Source: Takakia lepidozioides
Lineage: Eukaryota > Plantae > Bryophyta
Length of the DNA stretch: 64,000 nucleotides
NCBI GenBank assembly: GCA_030704615.1
Contig: CM060734.1
Location: forward strand, 11,842,001-11,906,000
Reading direction: 5' to 3'
The notes under the pieces are model-generated. The model had not been told where the DNA came from. It did no database searches and saw only the letters and a list, made by a program, of their open reading frames with translations. A program made the translations under genes and the position numbers. Below are positions 51,621 to 63,684 of this stretch, piece by piece (the stretch's first letter is position 1; the number at the start of each line of letters is the position of its first letter).

Positions 51621-54600
51621 CTTTCATTTTTTTTTTTTCCAAAATGTATTTGTCACCACCGTGTCAGCAACGTGGTTGCTTAAGTGACAATATTTTACCT
51701 AGTACTTTTTTTACTAGAATATTCTCGGAACCTGACGTGACGGAGGTCCCGTCAGTGTCAGGTCTGACGTGACCTGACGCTGACTGACGGACGTGACGCT
51801 GATAACCGTGCCCGAAGGTGGTGCAGCCCTGACTGCTCAGGGATTCGTATGAGTTTGGAGCATTTTCCAAGATGTACTCCGTGCGCAGGGAAACATCAAC
51901 AGAAAACAACGAGACGATGCGGCAGCGAAGGGGGCAGAGGGTAAAGATAAACGGAAGTCAACGGCGGGATCCTCTCAGACTGAGAATGAGGAGCAGCAGC
52001 CAGCCGGGGAAAAAAAAAAAAAAAAAAAAAAGCTCGATATTGTATTTATGAATGACAACGAGAAGCCAAAAGCTTGCGAGATTTTCGACTAGGTGAAGTG
52101 CGAGGCGATGAATCAAAGTCTGAAGAATGACTACCAAGACATGTTTCCTTTTGGGTTCAACCATATAATCTCAATTGACATCTCAAGGATGGAACTTGCT
52201 CCAAGAAGCATGGTGTATCGTCCGCTGAATATTAATCACAAAGATGAAATAAAGCCCGTCTGTACCAGTTGCGAGTTCTAGATACGAAACATCCCGTCTA
52301 TCTGGAGCCGAGGAATGAACAGGTGCCTACCCAGGTGTCTGCGATGAAACCAAGGCATCAGAAGGATATTAACAATTCAAAATTCTTCGTCGTTGGAGGC
52401 CAGCACACAATTATGGCTGCAAAGGTATAGTACATCAACGTTAACCTCGCGCGATTGCGCGTGCTTCTATATTCTTCCTTGTTTCCATGAGAATCATCTT
52501 TCGGATATTTCTTTGCGTTGCCTCATTATCATTCTCGCGCGATCGCGCATGCTTCTACTAGATGATTATATCAGATGCATCGACGACTTGTTTCTAAGAG
52601 ATACATAGCATGATAAGCAAGCACGCGTGATCGCGCGTGCTCTTTTCTAGTTCAATTCCATGCTGATGTAACATTTTCCAAATCAGGAACTTGTGGAGGA
52701 GATTACTGACTGAGAGCAGAGGGACTACTACGCCGAATGGCCATCAATTACCTCTGGTCAGATAGCAATAATCGATTGCTGAAGTTTTCTAAGCTCCTGA
52801 ACGACCCAAATAAAGCCCAAAAATTCGACACAACATTCTCAAAGAAAGTTGCTCACGCCAGGATGTACTATGAGTTGAGGGGGAAGCCCAGGAAATTCAA
52901 CGATAACGTTTCCAAATCTGAAACCGTTCAGTGGAAGGTAATCATTCAGACTTCCTTTATTGTTTAATGTTTTAATGTACATTCACCAGAACTGTGTGTC
53001 CCTGTTGTATATTGGCCTGACATGTTGTTCCTGTTGACCAAGAATTTTTGCAAGCCTCACAACTTATATTGGAGATGCTTAGCGTTAAGGAGGCCATGAC
53101 CTTGGTCCTTTGCGATGACGATGTTTGGGAGAAGTGGCAGGAGGTTTTCAGAGAGTGGGAGAAGGGAAACCTCCTGGACATTAATGGAAAGAAGCACAAG
53201 GGTGTACAATCGCAGCTGACAAAATCTGCAGTCTGCAAACTCCAAGGATTGAACCCCCTCCAAATGAAGAAGGTTGCGCAGAGATTTTGGACTTGAAGAT
53301 CTGCGTTCGTGGTCCTTACAAGGGAAAAGACCCCAAGATTCTCTGCCTGTCCGATTACATCGATCGAATAAATGACAGGCGGTTTATCATCGATGATGCC
53401 ATGGTGGTATTGGGATTTGATGCCAGGAGCAAGCAGCATCCAGAGCCGTACACAAAAGCACAATAGCTCGAAGTGAAGAAAATGTACAAGTTCAATAAGT
53501 CGGAGTTCGAGACATTCCGATCGAAAGTGGGGGCCAAATACATGAAAAACAAAGTGAACATGAATATGAAGACCGAGAAAGTGAGTGACGCTTTCATCAA
53601 ATACGTGCTTTCATGCAAGAAAAGGGTTGAAGACATGGAGAAGGAAATGGGCAACCTCAAGGATACCTTCAAGTCACATTACCAGTGCATAGGAGGGAAG
53701 CGAAGGTTCACGGATGCCAAAACTCAGTTGAAAATTGTCAGAAAGAGGGATTTCGATAACATCGCAATGGTGTTCGACAACACAGTCTGTGACGATGACT
53801 CAGTTTTCATGCAAAGAAATTACAAGAATATTTTCGATGCGTTCTTCGAACAGTCGCTGTTTTTTTTTAAAAATATTTTTGAATTAAAGCGTGCTGCCTC
53901 CATGCACCCTATTTTTTTTTGAGGAATTAGACACTTGGTGGTGCCGCACCGCCATGGCTTCAGGTGCATTTCGGTGCCGCACACAGTTATATTCCAATGT
54001 CAAGTTCAGAATCAAATTCGACAAGAGAAGAAAGAGGAACGACAACGAAAGGCTGAGCGGAGGGACCGCGAGGCTTTACGTTCGTCAAGGTCATCAAGTA
54101 CAACTACCAGTGTGGTGTCTGGTCATATCTTATATCAATCTCCCACTGTATCCATCTCCTTGGGTGCACAAAATTCCGCTATCAGTGGTAACCGACGGCG
54201 ATCTCGAACATATGCATTGAGTGTGAGCCGTTTGGGAAGCAACTCTGTGTTATTGATGAATTAAACTATGGCCGACCTGTTCATTACACACATACGTTAT
54301 TTAACACTGTCAATATTATGCCAGATCCTTTCGGCTGTAATGTTAATCATCGAAGTTTGAGAGAAATCACGCGCGATCGCGCGTGGTTCATTCATATATC
54401 CTCTTGTGGAGCTAGCATGGATTAGCAGTGCCATCAGATGTTATCAAAACAAGTTGACTTCATTGTCAGTTTAGGCAATAACAGATCAACCTGGAGGCTG
54501 GAAGAGGTTGGAGGAGAAGAAATTTTTCGATGTTTTCATATTACGATGGATGAACCTTTCTCACAAAGGCAAATGCAAGCATCTCCCACTGTCAGTGCAA

Positions 54601-57014
54601 TGGGGCAGGAGGTGAACGTGCTCCCCCCTGTGGTGACACGATCATCGTCTTCCTAACTCGTAATTCAAGCTCCCACGATGGTCGTCTCATTTGTTCCTGA
54701 GCGGATTGTGAATTTATGTTAAAATCTCTCTTCAAATGGATTGAAGTAATTTTGGCGGCTTCGAAATTCCTTCCCTGACGAACTGATGGCACCATTATGG
54801 TTAATTAAAATCTGGATGCACTCGGCTCGTTGTGGTTCTCAATGGTGGTAGGGACAGAGATCTGTCGCGCAATCACTCGAGGTTCGAAAAGCGGACTCCG
54901 ACGAATCACATGTGGCACTGTTGAGGTAATATAACACTTTGGCAGTCGGCTCGCAATCAACATCGAAAATGCTGTCATTTGAAGATGTGATGATTTTGCA
55001 GGCATAGTGAACTACTTCAGGTCAGTTACAGCGAGGGAACTCAAGGTATTCGGATAATCCGTCCCGGAATATTTCACACCATCATCCTTGATGATTCATT
55101 GATGTGTTTCAGAACATGCACTCAAATCATCCGGGCTGATGGTGTCACTTGTTCCTTGGCGGATTGTTCAAGTATCTTAATCCTAGTCTTGAAGTTGTTT
55201 GAAGTCATTCTCCCTGCTTGCATAATCCGATCTCCAATAATTGACAGCATCCTCGTGGTGTATTTTTTGGTTCCTATATCCTTCGTTTGGAGATCCATTA
55301 TTCTTTTGAGGAACACCAACGATTAACATCGCGCGATCACGCGTGTTTTTCTCAGAGCTGACCTATTCCGATGTCCATCATTGCACACCAAAATGGTGTT
55401 ACGAGGAGGCAAAATGTCAGCAATTGAACGTCAATCTCCAGCGTCATTCTCGTCGTTTTCATGTGGACTGGACGGCAAAGGAGGAACACCGTCGCTAACA
55501 ATCTGTGCAAACAATCTCAACAATCATATGTACTTCAAGGTGTTTGATACTGCGTATGTTCATGTAGCTGATTACTATGTGTGTCTTTTTGCTATTCCCA
55601 TTCCAACAACATCAGGTCTACTGAGACTGTCATATTCCGAAATCGGAATCAGACACCACTTACATGAAACCGTCAGCTAAGAATGAAATCTCCAGTTCAT
55701 TCAATCACAGCCCGGAGAAATATCTCAAGTTGCTGACCAACTACTTGTAGGCTAGGGTGTTTCTCTGGAGTCGCATACAATGAATCGAAGATCTAGTTCT
55801 CAGCTGACATGCAGCTGATGGTTTTATATTGATCAATGATGATGGGCCGTGGCTGATACGGGATTCTGAATATGATATTCTCTGGGAACTTGATACTATT
55901 CGCATGGGAATAGCAAAACGACTACTATACAATTCAGCTATAGGAACAACAATAGCATCAAACACCTAGCAGTAAATAGGATTTTTGACATTGGTTGTGA
56001 CAACTCCAATCAATTAGTTGGTGGTTATTCAGTTGGAGATTATTTAGTTGGGGAACAGTTTACGAGTGCTTTACAATAAATCGTTAGAAGTACCATAGCC
56101 CATCACAAATAAACCTCAACTGGTCACCCGACACTATTTTCTTGAAGATTTCGCATAAAACGTCACTCTCTCCATCAACGTACTCGCCATCGAGCCACTC
56201 TCCAGAAACATACAAGCAGCATACTTACTCCCCAATTGGATACTTTCAGCATCTTACTCCAGGGTCAATTACTTGGACATTATGTTTTGAAGAGCATACG
56301 AGTAATTCATCATCTTCGCGATTCACTGAAAGTCTGCAAGGCCACCCATTCTTCGAGAAGTATAGCTAAACTTCGGTCGCACACGACATTGTTGGTTGGC
56401 GTAATATTGAAGGATATTTTTTGTGAGGTCATCACCATATCCACGATACTCGAGACAGCATTTCAGGGATTTCTTCCATCTTCTGTTGACAAAAACCTTC
56501 GGAACAACGAAAGAATACAGATTTGAAAATGGTCCCTCCAACCTTGTCAAAATATCGTGATTTTGGGAAATGACTTTCCTCAAAATATTTTCATCATATG
56601 TACGTCGGCCGACATCGTCTTGTGTTACCGGAGTTCAGCCCTCCTTCTAGAAGTTGATACTCTCATTGACATGGTTTACATTACTTGTATTGGTCCATGC
56701 CGCATGGGGCGAGACTTACTCAAATTGACATGGTTCTGAAATAAAACCTGGTTGTTTATCATCAATGTCTCCCCATTGTCTTTCATTTTATGTCATGGTA
56801 TTGTGTCATTGTGCCATATTTTGCTCACATATTTGATTGATTTGTCTTGTACGTTACATAGTAACGGCCTTCACAAGCTCAGTCACGGTTACGAATATGA
56901 CTGGTGCTCCAATCATCCAGATCATGAAGCGAGTTATCACCCGACATCCATTTTTTTAATTTATTTTTTAATATAATGGAAACACCTGGGAGCGACAGCT
57001 CACAAATCAGGCCC

Positions 57015-57168
57015 CCTTAATAGTATAACATCTTTCACAGTAACCCCGCCATGTGGCGTTGGAATGGGACACCACCCAGGAACATACCACACTCGTCAGT
57101 AGCAAGATTTGACCCCATAATCATCTGGGTGACACTCAGTGCACTTCACCAACTGAGCTACTGACTGT
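57015..57168 (-). mobile_element. tRNA-derived SINE-like element
   Basis: A box tagctcagttgg, degenerate B box gggtcaaatc, gtcagta/tactgac closing stem, tgtcac loop; followed by a non-tRNA tail. Confidence 0.55.
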
Positions 57169-57451
57169 TAGTATCTCATTCAACTCTTACCAAACTTCGA
57201 GTGAACAGTGGAACTTGCTTTATGAGCCAAATAGAAACTGTTTTTTCTCCTGAAGTTTATACATAATGTTTTTTATATATTAATAGACAAACAATTACTT
57301 ATATTTTTATATTTATATTTAAAATAATCCATTTAAATTCATTTAAATGATTAAAAAACATATTCAGATATTTCTCCTAATTTCTGGACCAAACTTTAGT
57401 CTAGATTTGCTTAAAATTGTGTTCCATCCAAGCCAAAAAAAACAGGTGGTA

Positions 57452-60400
57452 TCCCATCCGTGATAATATCATGTTGAAGAATATCCGTGCGGCCTAGGTC
57501 ATGAGCCCCTTTGCTGAACACATCCAAGTTGTGCCTAAGGAAGTCATGAAACTGAACTTTCTGTGCGGGGGTGAGATGATCTCCTACCTTAACCTCAGCA
57601 AGGACCTGTTCAAAATGAAGCTCTTGAGCAGGTGACAGGTCAGGACTAGTCACCGAGCCTTTGTGTGCAGCAAAGATTTGTAGTTGGTCCACAAAGGTGT
57701 TAACCAGGCCAATGTCGTGGAGGCTCAAGGCTCCTTGCACGGATGCTATGGTAGCGAGAGGTACTGCTGTTAAGCGAGCCAGAACCTGCCCCTTCCTCAC
57801 AGGCACATTAATACGTTCAGGATTGGCTATGAGTAATCTAACCTCTCCCTTGAAGCCTCCGTCAATAACACCGGATGCAATTAAACAGTGCTTCTGTAAA
57901 GTCAATTTTTTCCAGCCCTCAACCTCTAGGTTATGTCCCTCAGGACACACAAATGCTAGCCCTGTTGGTATAATACGTTGAGAGAAAGCAGGAATCATGA
58001 AATCGACAGGAGAGCGAATAAGCAAAGAATTCTTGGGGATGGGTAAGGGTACACTGCCCTTTTTGCCGGGAGCAGGAAATTGCCATTGATGCAGGCAATT
58101 ATCAATAGGTTTGAATTGACTGAAGCGAGACCAGTTATAGGCCATACCAACTTGATCACGCATGGCAGCAGCTTGCAGTTGGGTTTTGGCAAAGTTTGCC
58201 ATGGATGTACTAGCAGCCAAGGTTACAGGTGCAAGATTCACTTTGTAGGGGCTGTCTTCCCCATTGTGACAATGCAAGTCAGTACCACGCTTTTGCCACC
58301 AACCCTTATGGGCATAAGCAGTCCCATCTGCAATGGACACAGATAAACCCTTGGCAGATTGCAGTTTGAGACCTAAGATGCGAACTATGCTAAGAGGGAT
58401 AGCAGACATAGTACACCCTGTATCAATAATGCAGGAAAATGAAAGGTGACCGACATGACACTGAGTCATCAAAGGACGAACTCGTAGCTTACTGGCCTTG
58501 CGAAGGGCCTCACAGTGCAGCAGCTTGAAATCTTGAGACAATACTGCATTTACCAGGGATTTAAGGCTCGGGAGACGATCGCCTGGCACCCTCACAGATG
58601 ACCTGGTTCGTTTAAACCCCCTTTCTTATCTTTCTTAATCTGCTCAATCATAGCTGGTAAGTCGGACATGAATGGGCACCAACGTGTGTAATGTTCGGTG
58701 GACTTACAGATCATACAAGCAGGTAATGAGGCCTTATTCACATACCTCGACCCCACCTGGTATTTGCCCCGGAAGCCACTAGGCTTGTTACCCTAGTGGT
58801 TATGGTCTGCTGAGTCGGATTCCGAGGCACGCCGTGTGACCTCACTTTTCATAGCCAGAAGCTGGTCTTGAACATCACTTATACAGAATTGGTGCAGCTC
58901 CTGTACAATGGTAGGCAACAACTCCTCTGTGCAAGGCTTACCCCCATCATGTGTCTCAGCAACGTTAGTACCGCAAGAATTGGCCAAGCACTGTGTAACC
59001 TTGGTCGGGGAGGTATGGGTCATGCTAGTTTTTGCAGCCTTTAATCTAAGTCTCTCTTCCAAAAGACCCACCATCTCGTCCTCATGATGATTATGTTGTT
59101 TTTGCAAAAACACTCTTTCCGCTGGTGGTAGGCCTTTGATGAAACAATGATGAAACAATGTTTCAGGATGGCTGATCGTTCAGAAGGGTCAACGGCCTTA
59201 CACACCGCCGTGCGAAGATCAGTGTAATATTTCCACAAACTGTCACCAGGGACAAAGGTTAGCTCTGGAACGGTATATGCTATGGGCTTGGCCTCACGAA
59301 ACAATCTACCTGCCAGCTCCTTAGCCTCCCAGGTCAGCTCATGTTTGCCTTTAATGTTGGACTCAAAAATCTTACGAGCCTCACCCTTCAAACATACACG
59401 AAAAGCTTTGACAACAAATCGAGGGGGTACAGAGTTGATCTCTCTGCTGATATCCAAAAACTCCAAAAATGACTCAAAATCATCCCCCAAGTTGAAATCT
59501 GGGTAAGGCTGCTTGTGCATCTTATCACCATAATCTATGGACTTACTGAGAGCAACCACAGGGGTATGTTGTTGAATTAACATCTTCATTAACGGAGGAC
59601 GGTTTGACACCACACCCATAGCTTCACAAAGTTCCTCTACATCCAACGTGGGATCTGGCATAATCTTATCTTTGTCTGTTTGCACATTGCCAGTAGAAGT
59701 CTCACCTTGAGTGCCCTCAGTATGTTCCGCAGCCATTTCCCTTTCTCTGCGAGCCTTTAACTCGCTCAAGCCAGATACCATTTCCTCTGCCTCCTTGTCC
59801 AACATGAACCTAGTGTAGACTGGCATGAGAGGGGTTTAAGCTCAACTTACCTTCTATCCAAAGGGGCTTGTATGTAATCTTCCCAGTTGGCCACACAGTG
59901 ACTGCTGATGTATTTGTGCTTGGGTAGAAGGTAGACGGCTTCCCCCAGTTGCTGCCAAACTTCTCGGTCAGATTTGAGCCAGAAAGAGACTTTCATCAAG
60001 GTGCGGACAACGCTCACTTTGACAATCAAAGTGTGGCACGGGTATTCAACAGCTTCCGCGACTTGACTAAGCCCTATGCGTTCATGTTTGAAACTCTTGC
60101 CAGGAAAGATGACAATGTCCGTAGCACAATGAGAAAAGCGTTGGGCGAGCACACCAGCCACGACCTCTTCCCAGGTGGGGTCAGGTGTTGTGGCACCAAC
60201 TGAGTGGAGATTCGCAAACACAATCACAGTTCCGCCTTTGATAAATTCCCAGAGCCTTAAAGGGCTAGGCTTGTTGGGAAAGGAGAAACTATCCAGGTCA
60301 CGACCAATTTCCCGAGACACAGTAAACTTTGGAACTCCCACTTCTGCCCAACTAAACAATTCACCAGCTCTCTTGCGCTCTCTGAGCACGGAAAATGGTA

Positions 60401-61404
60401 TTCTCTGGGCAATTTCTTCCGCATGCAATTCTTGCAGAAGCTTCCTCGCCCAAGCCCCTTGAAGAGCCTGATCGACCTTTCGTTTTGTTCACGCTTCTGG
60501 GCTGCTGTCGTTACCACCTTCGCAGCCTCCTCTGCAGCCTCGGCCTCAAATTGAGCAACCCAATAATCGGAGGGCGTATCAAGCACTATCTCCTCCCGCG
60601 TCCAAGGTGTACTTGCATCAAAAGGCACGTACTTGCAGATATCCTCGCTCAAGTGAGTTTGCAGTTCGTGTAAAAATGTCAGTTCAAAGTTCAGTTCAGG
60701 CGTAACCTTTGGAACAGAAGGCTGAGAGCTAGAAAGAGATGCCATGGCTCGCTACACACACACTTCGCGAGCTTGCGCAGGTTAGCAGCGATTTTGCAAA
60801 AACGAAGAGTAGAGAGCGCCGCCATTGCACCTGACCACCGTACCTTATTCTTTTTGCCAAAACAATTACCAAAAAATGATTAGTATCATTCGTCAACAGC
60901 AACAGATTAAGTGCCCCCCCTCTCCACCAAGATTCCGGGGCCGGGGATATATTCCCTTTTCTGTCCGGCTATTACCAACAGGAGGGTTGTAGCACAGTAG
61001 GGCAGAGACTTAATAGATAGGATGGAATCTATCACAATCATTCACACTAGCCAACACACTTTCATCCAGGAGATCAGGTACACACAAGTTCCAACACAAG
61101 TACACCACTTGAGATCAAATCCACCACCTCCTTTGCCTCTCATCATAGGCTTAAGAAGTATTAGAAACGTAATCTAATCTGAACCACATGGGCTCTTTAC
61201 ATTGGTCATCCAGATGTCTTTCGCGAGACCACTCAACGACGCCAGCTCATCTATCCTAATCCTAAACTAGGTGTTAACTACAGACAACCCTAATTTAATG
61301 AGAGCCCAGCTGCGCCAGCGCATGTAACGTGGCGGTTAGCCCCCGCCACATCCGGTCGTCATCCATCCAAAACCCACAACAACTCTAAACGCAGTCCTAC
61401 TCTA
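57452..61404 (-). mobile_element. Truncated Ty3/Gypsy: partial 5' LTR, tRNA-Ala-like PBS, extra ORF, gag, protease, dUTPase-like domain and RT start
   Basis: LTR ~60934-61409; PBS tggtggagaggggggg at 60914-60929; CMICKSTEHYTRWC knuckle; IIDTGCTMS protease; GVIDGGFKGEV; DVFSKGAHDLGRTDILQHDI. Confidence 0.85.
57755..58035 (-). CDS. dUTPase-like domain within the retrotransposon polyprotein
   Basis: IIPTGLAF...GVIDGGFKGEVRLLIAN...VRKGQVLARL, with trimeric dUTPase motif 3 and 4 spacing. Confidence 0.8.
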
Positions 61405-62059
61405 TCCATCCAAGCCAAAAAAACAGGTGGTAGGAATCTAGGCTTCAGTGCATCAAGACTATAATCCCCCTGTTAAAAAATAAAAAATAAAAAATCGACC
61501 GGTGCTTTACGTTGTGACAACCCCTACTACAGTACATGTTGGATTCCCACGCCTGGATTTCTCTCACGAAGATCGGATCACATAGAGTTGATCTCGCCCA
61601 GATTATTATGATGTTGGAGTTGGGATTCAGCGATGGTGATTCATGGCTGATTACTTCAACTGAGAAGTGTTACAGAGTCCAACGTTATGCATGTGCGACA
61701 TGCATGGCACCCATGAAACCCGTGCTATGTATGCCTCCCACCCTTGTCTCTGTTTCGCCTTACCCCTTCCTTCATTATGCTCTCTGGGCCCTGGTTTGAT
61801 TGATGGGTGCTTATGTCAGCGTTGTTAGCGCCCTGCTCTTTGAATCACAACCATTTTAGTGGAAATGGCTGGGTGCAGGATTTTCACGGAAATGGTGATC
61901 AACTTCAAGGTCTAGTGCGCAAAAAGAAAGATCTGTGTCGCTGTGGGTGTGTGTGGGGGGGGGGAAGAGAGAGAGAGAGTGAGAGGCATTGATGTTCGCC
62001 TTTCACAAGAGGTAGAATGTGAGAGAATGGTTGGAAATGGAGGGGGACTAGGGGGCTTC

Positions 62060-62714
62060 ATGCGAAGACCAAGTAGCAACGCCAACTGTTTTAAGAGCGC
62101 CAAGCCCAGTATGGAGCTGCCAAAGCTGCAGCCCCGTGTTGCCTCCACGTTTCCACCTCCGCACAAAACCCAGCTGCCCATGCGGTACCAGATACAACAC
62201 TATCAAAATCCGAATACTGCTCGCTTTCCATGCCGGAAAAACGTGTGGATCGTTCTTATTATCTCTTCTGTTTTCTTCCTTACAATGTATCTCCTCTCGA
62301 TCGCGCGAGGGATGCAATTTCCATCCCAATTGCAGAGGGCAAAGAAGGGGTATGGGATCATTATTGATGCTGGTAGCTCAGGATCTCGTCTTCACGTATT
62401 TCAGTACACGCAAGGTGTTCTCCCTGCTGTAGATCTAGTAGGTCGCGAGTCCCTCTCGCTTAAAAGGACACCAGGACTTTCGTCCTTTGCAGATAACCCG
62501 AAGTCTGCAGGGGCATCATTGAAGGATCTTCTCGAGTTTGCAAGGGGGAAGGTTCCGGAGAGGGAAAGGCCAATGACAAGGGTTTATCTCATGGCCACGG
62601 CTGGATTGAGACGCCTCGATCACCAGATCCAGGATGAAGTGCTGGACTCATGCAGGCTAGTAATTCGAGCTTCGGGTTTTTCCTTTAAAGACGAATGGGC
62701 GTCTGTCATCACCG
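62060..62714 (+). CDS. APY: Apyrase / NTPDase (GDA1/CD39 family, APY3-6-like), exon 1
   Basis: N-terminal TM helix, ACR1 IIDAGSSGSR, ACR2 MATAGLR; donor accg|gt; alternative in-frame ATG at 62027. Confidence 0.92.
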
Positions 62715-63571
62715 GTTGGTCAATCTTTCAACATACCGTCTCATTACTAAATACATTGCTTCAGATGTCTACGAAGAGCTCACATTACTAAACCTAATTC
62801 GAATTGAAGAAACTGGTGTGGGAAGGCCTAATTATAGTTAATGGTAGGTGAGTCTACTAGAGGCTGTTTCAAAGAAACAAACAGCGCCCTTGACCTAAAA
62901 TTGATGTCTCCCTAAGTAGTTAATCTTGGTATTAGCCAATAGCCATCTACTTCCTGACGAAAATGGGCGATTCATGACCACAAATGCTGTTCTGCTACCC
63001 TCTTCCCACAAAAATTTGATGTGCACAGTTCAGAATTAGTTGATTGCAGAGTAGCAGTCAGAAGCCAGCCCTCCATTAGATAGAGGTTTGATGTTGAAAG
63101 CCTTCAGTTCAGCAGTGAGCAGCATCACATTTCTACATTCTCTTCCTGTGGTTCTTTTCAGAATAGAGTCCCAAGCCTCATTTTCCTATGCCCAAGGCAC
63201 TCCCCAACCAACCTCCTATACCAAGGTGCATTGCCACATACTTCCTTCCAGACCTGCCCATGTTGCTAGCTGCCACAGAAGTGATGCACAGAGCTTGTCC
63301 ACTGGGGATCACAAGTCATCCAAGGAATATAGTCGGATGACTGCTTACTACCTAAGCACTCTTGAGACCAACATCATCCAGAGTGCCTACCGGATTTTAC
63401 CCTGATTTATCATCCCAACTCCTCTAATATTGGATATAAAAAATAAATGGAGTGTGCATGCTTGTTGCATCTTCAGTGGTCCATGTCATTGCAGAGCATC
63501 ATGATGTTGTTAACATGATTACTTTGTCTTTGAATTTTGAAAGAAAAATGTGAGTTGTGTCCGGATGACAG

Positions 63572-63684
63572 GCACGGATGAAGGAATATATGCATGGGTG
63601 TCTGCCAATTATGCGCTTGGCACACTTCGGGGTGACCCTCTGAAGACCACGGGTATTGTGGAGTTGGGTGGTGCTTCTACCCAG
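63572..63684 (+). CDS. APY: Apyrase exon 2 (gene continues beyond the window)
   Basis: ag|GC ACG GAT GAA GGA in phase with exon 1; ACR3 TGTDEG, ACR4 ELGGASTQ; donor cag|gt. Confidence 0.92.

Larger units (their letters stand above)
43378..51805. mobile_element. Unclassified element, copy B, with both ends (TTATCA...TGATAA); internally deleted
   Basis: Imperfect terminal inverted similarity (shared ggtcacgtcagac, cgtcacgtca), palindrome arrays at both ends, and coding-like sequence abutting both ends. Confidence 0.8.
42978..53922 (+). pseudogene. Spliced cargo gene of unknown function, interrupted by the 43378-51805 insertion
   Basis: Exon-like blocks 42978-43377, 51806-51940, 52092-~52335, ~52687-52937 and ~53043-53920, mostly with GT/AG borders; several premature stops. 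Confidence 0.5.
38277..56900. mobile_element. Body of a large CACTA-like element (probably starting at 33745) with divergent spliced cargo genes; right terminus not found
   Basis: TnpA-like domain at 38296-38727, recurring CGCGCGATCGCGCG motif on both sides of the 43378-51805 insertion, and decayed spliced ORFs. Confidence 0.5.

Noticed and set aside
57095-57166. Functional tRNA-Asp gene
   Set aside because: Anticodon and T stems are mismatched and the B box is degenerate; better explained as a SINE head
61943-62791. Apyrase as a single 282-aa ORF
   Set aside because: The ORF starts at a non-ATG codon and runs into intron 1 after ITG; the spliced model restores ACR3
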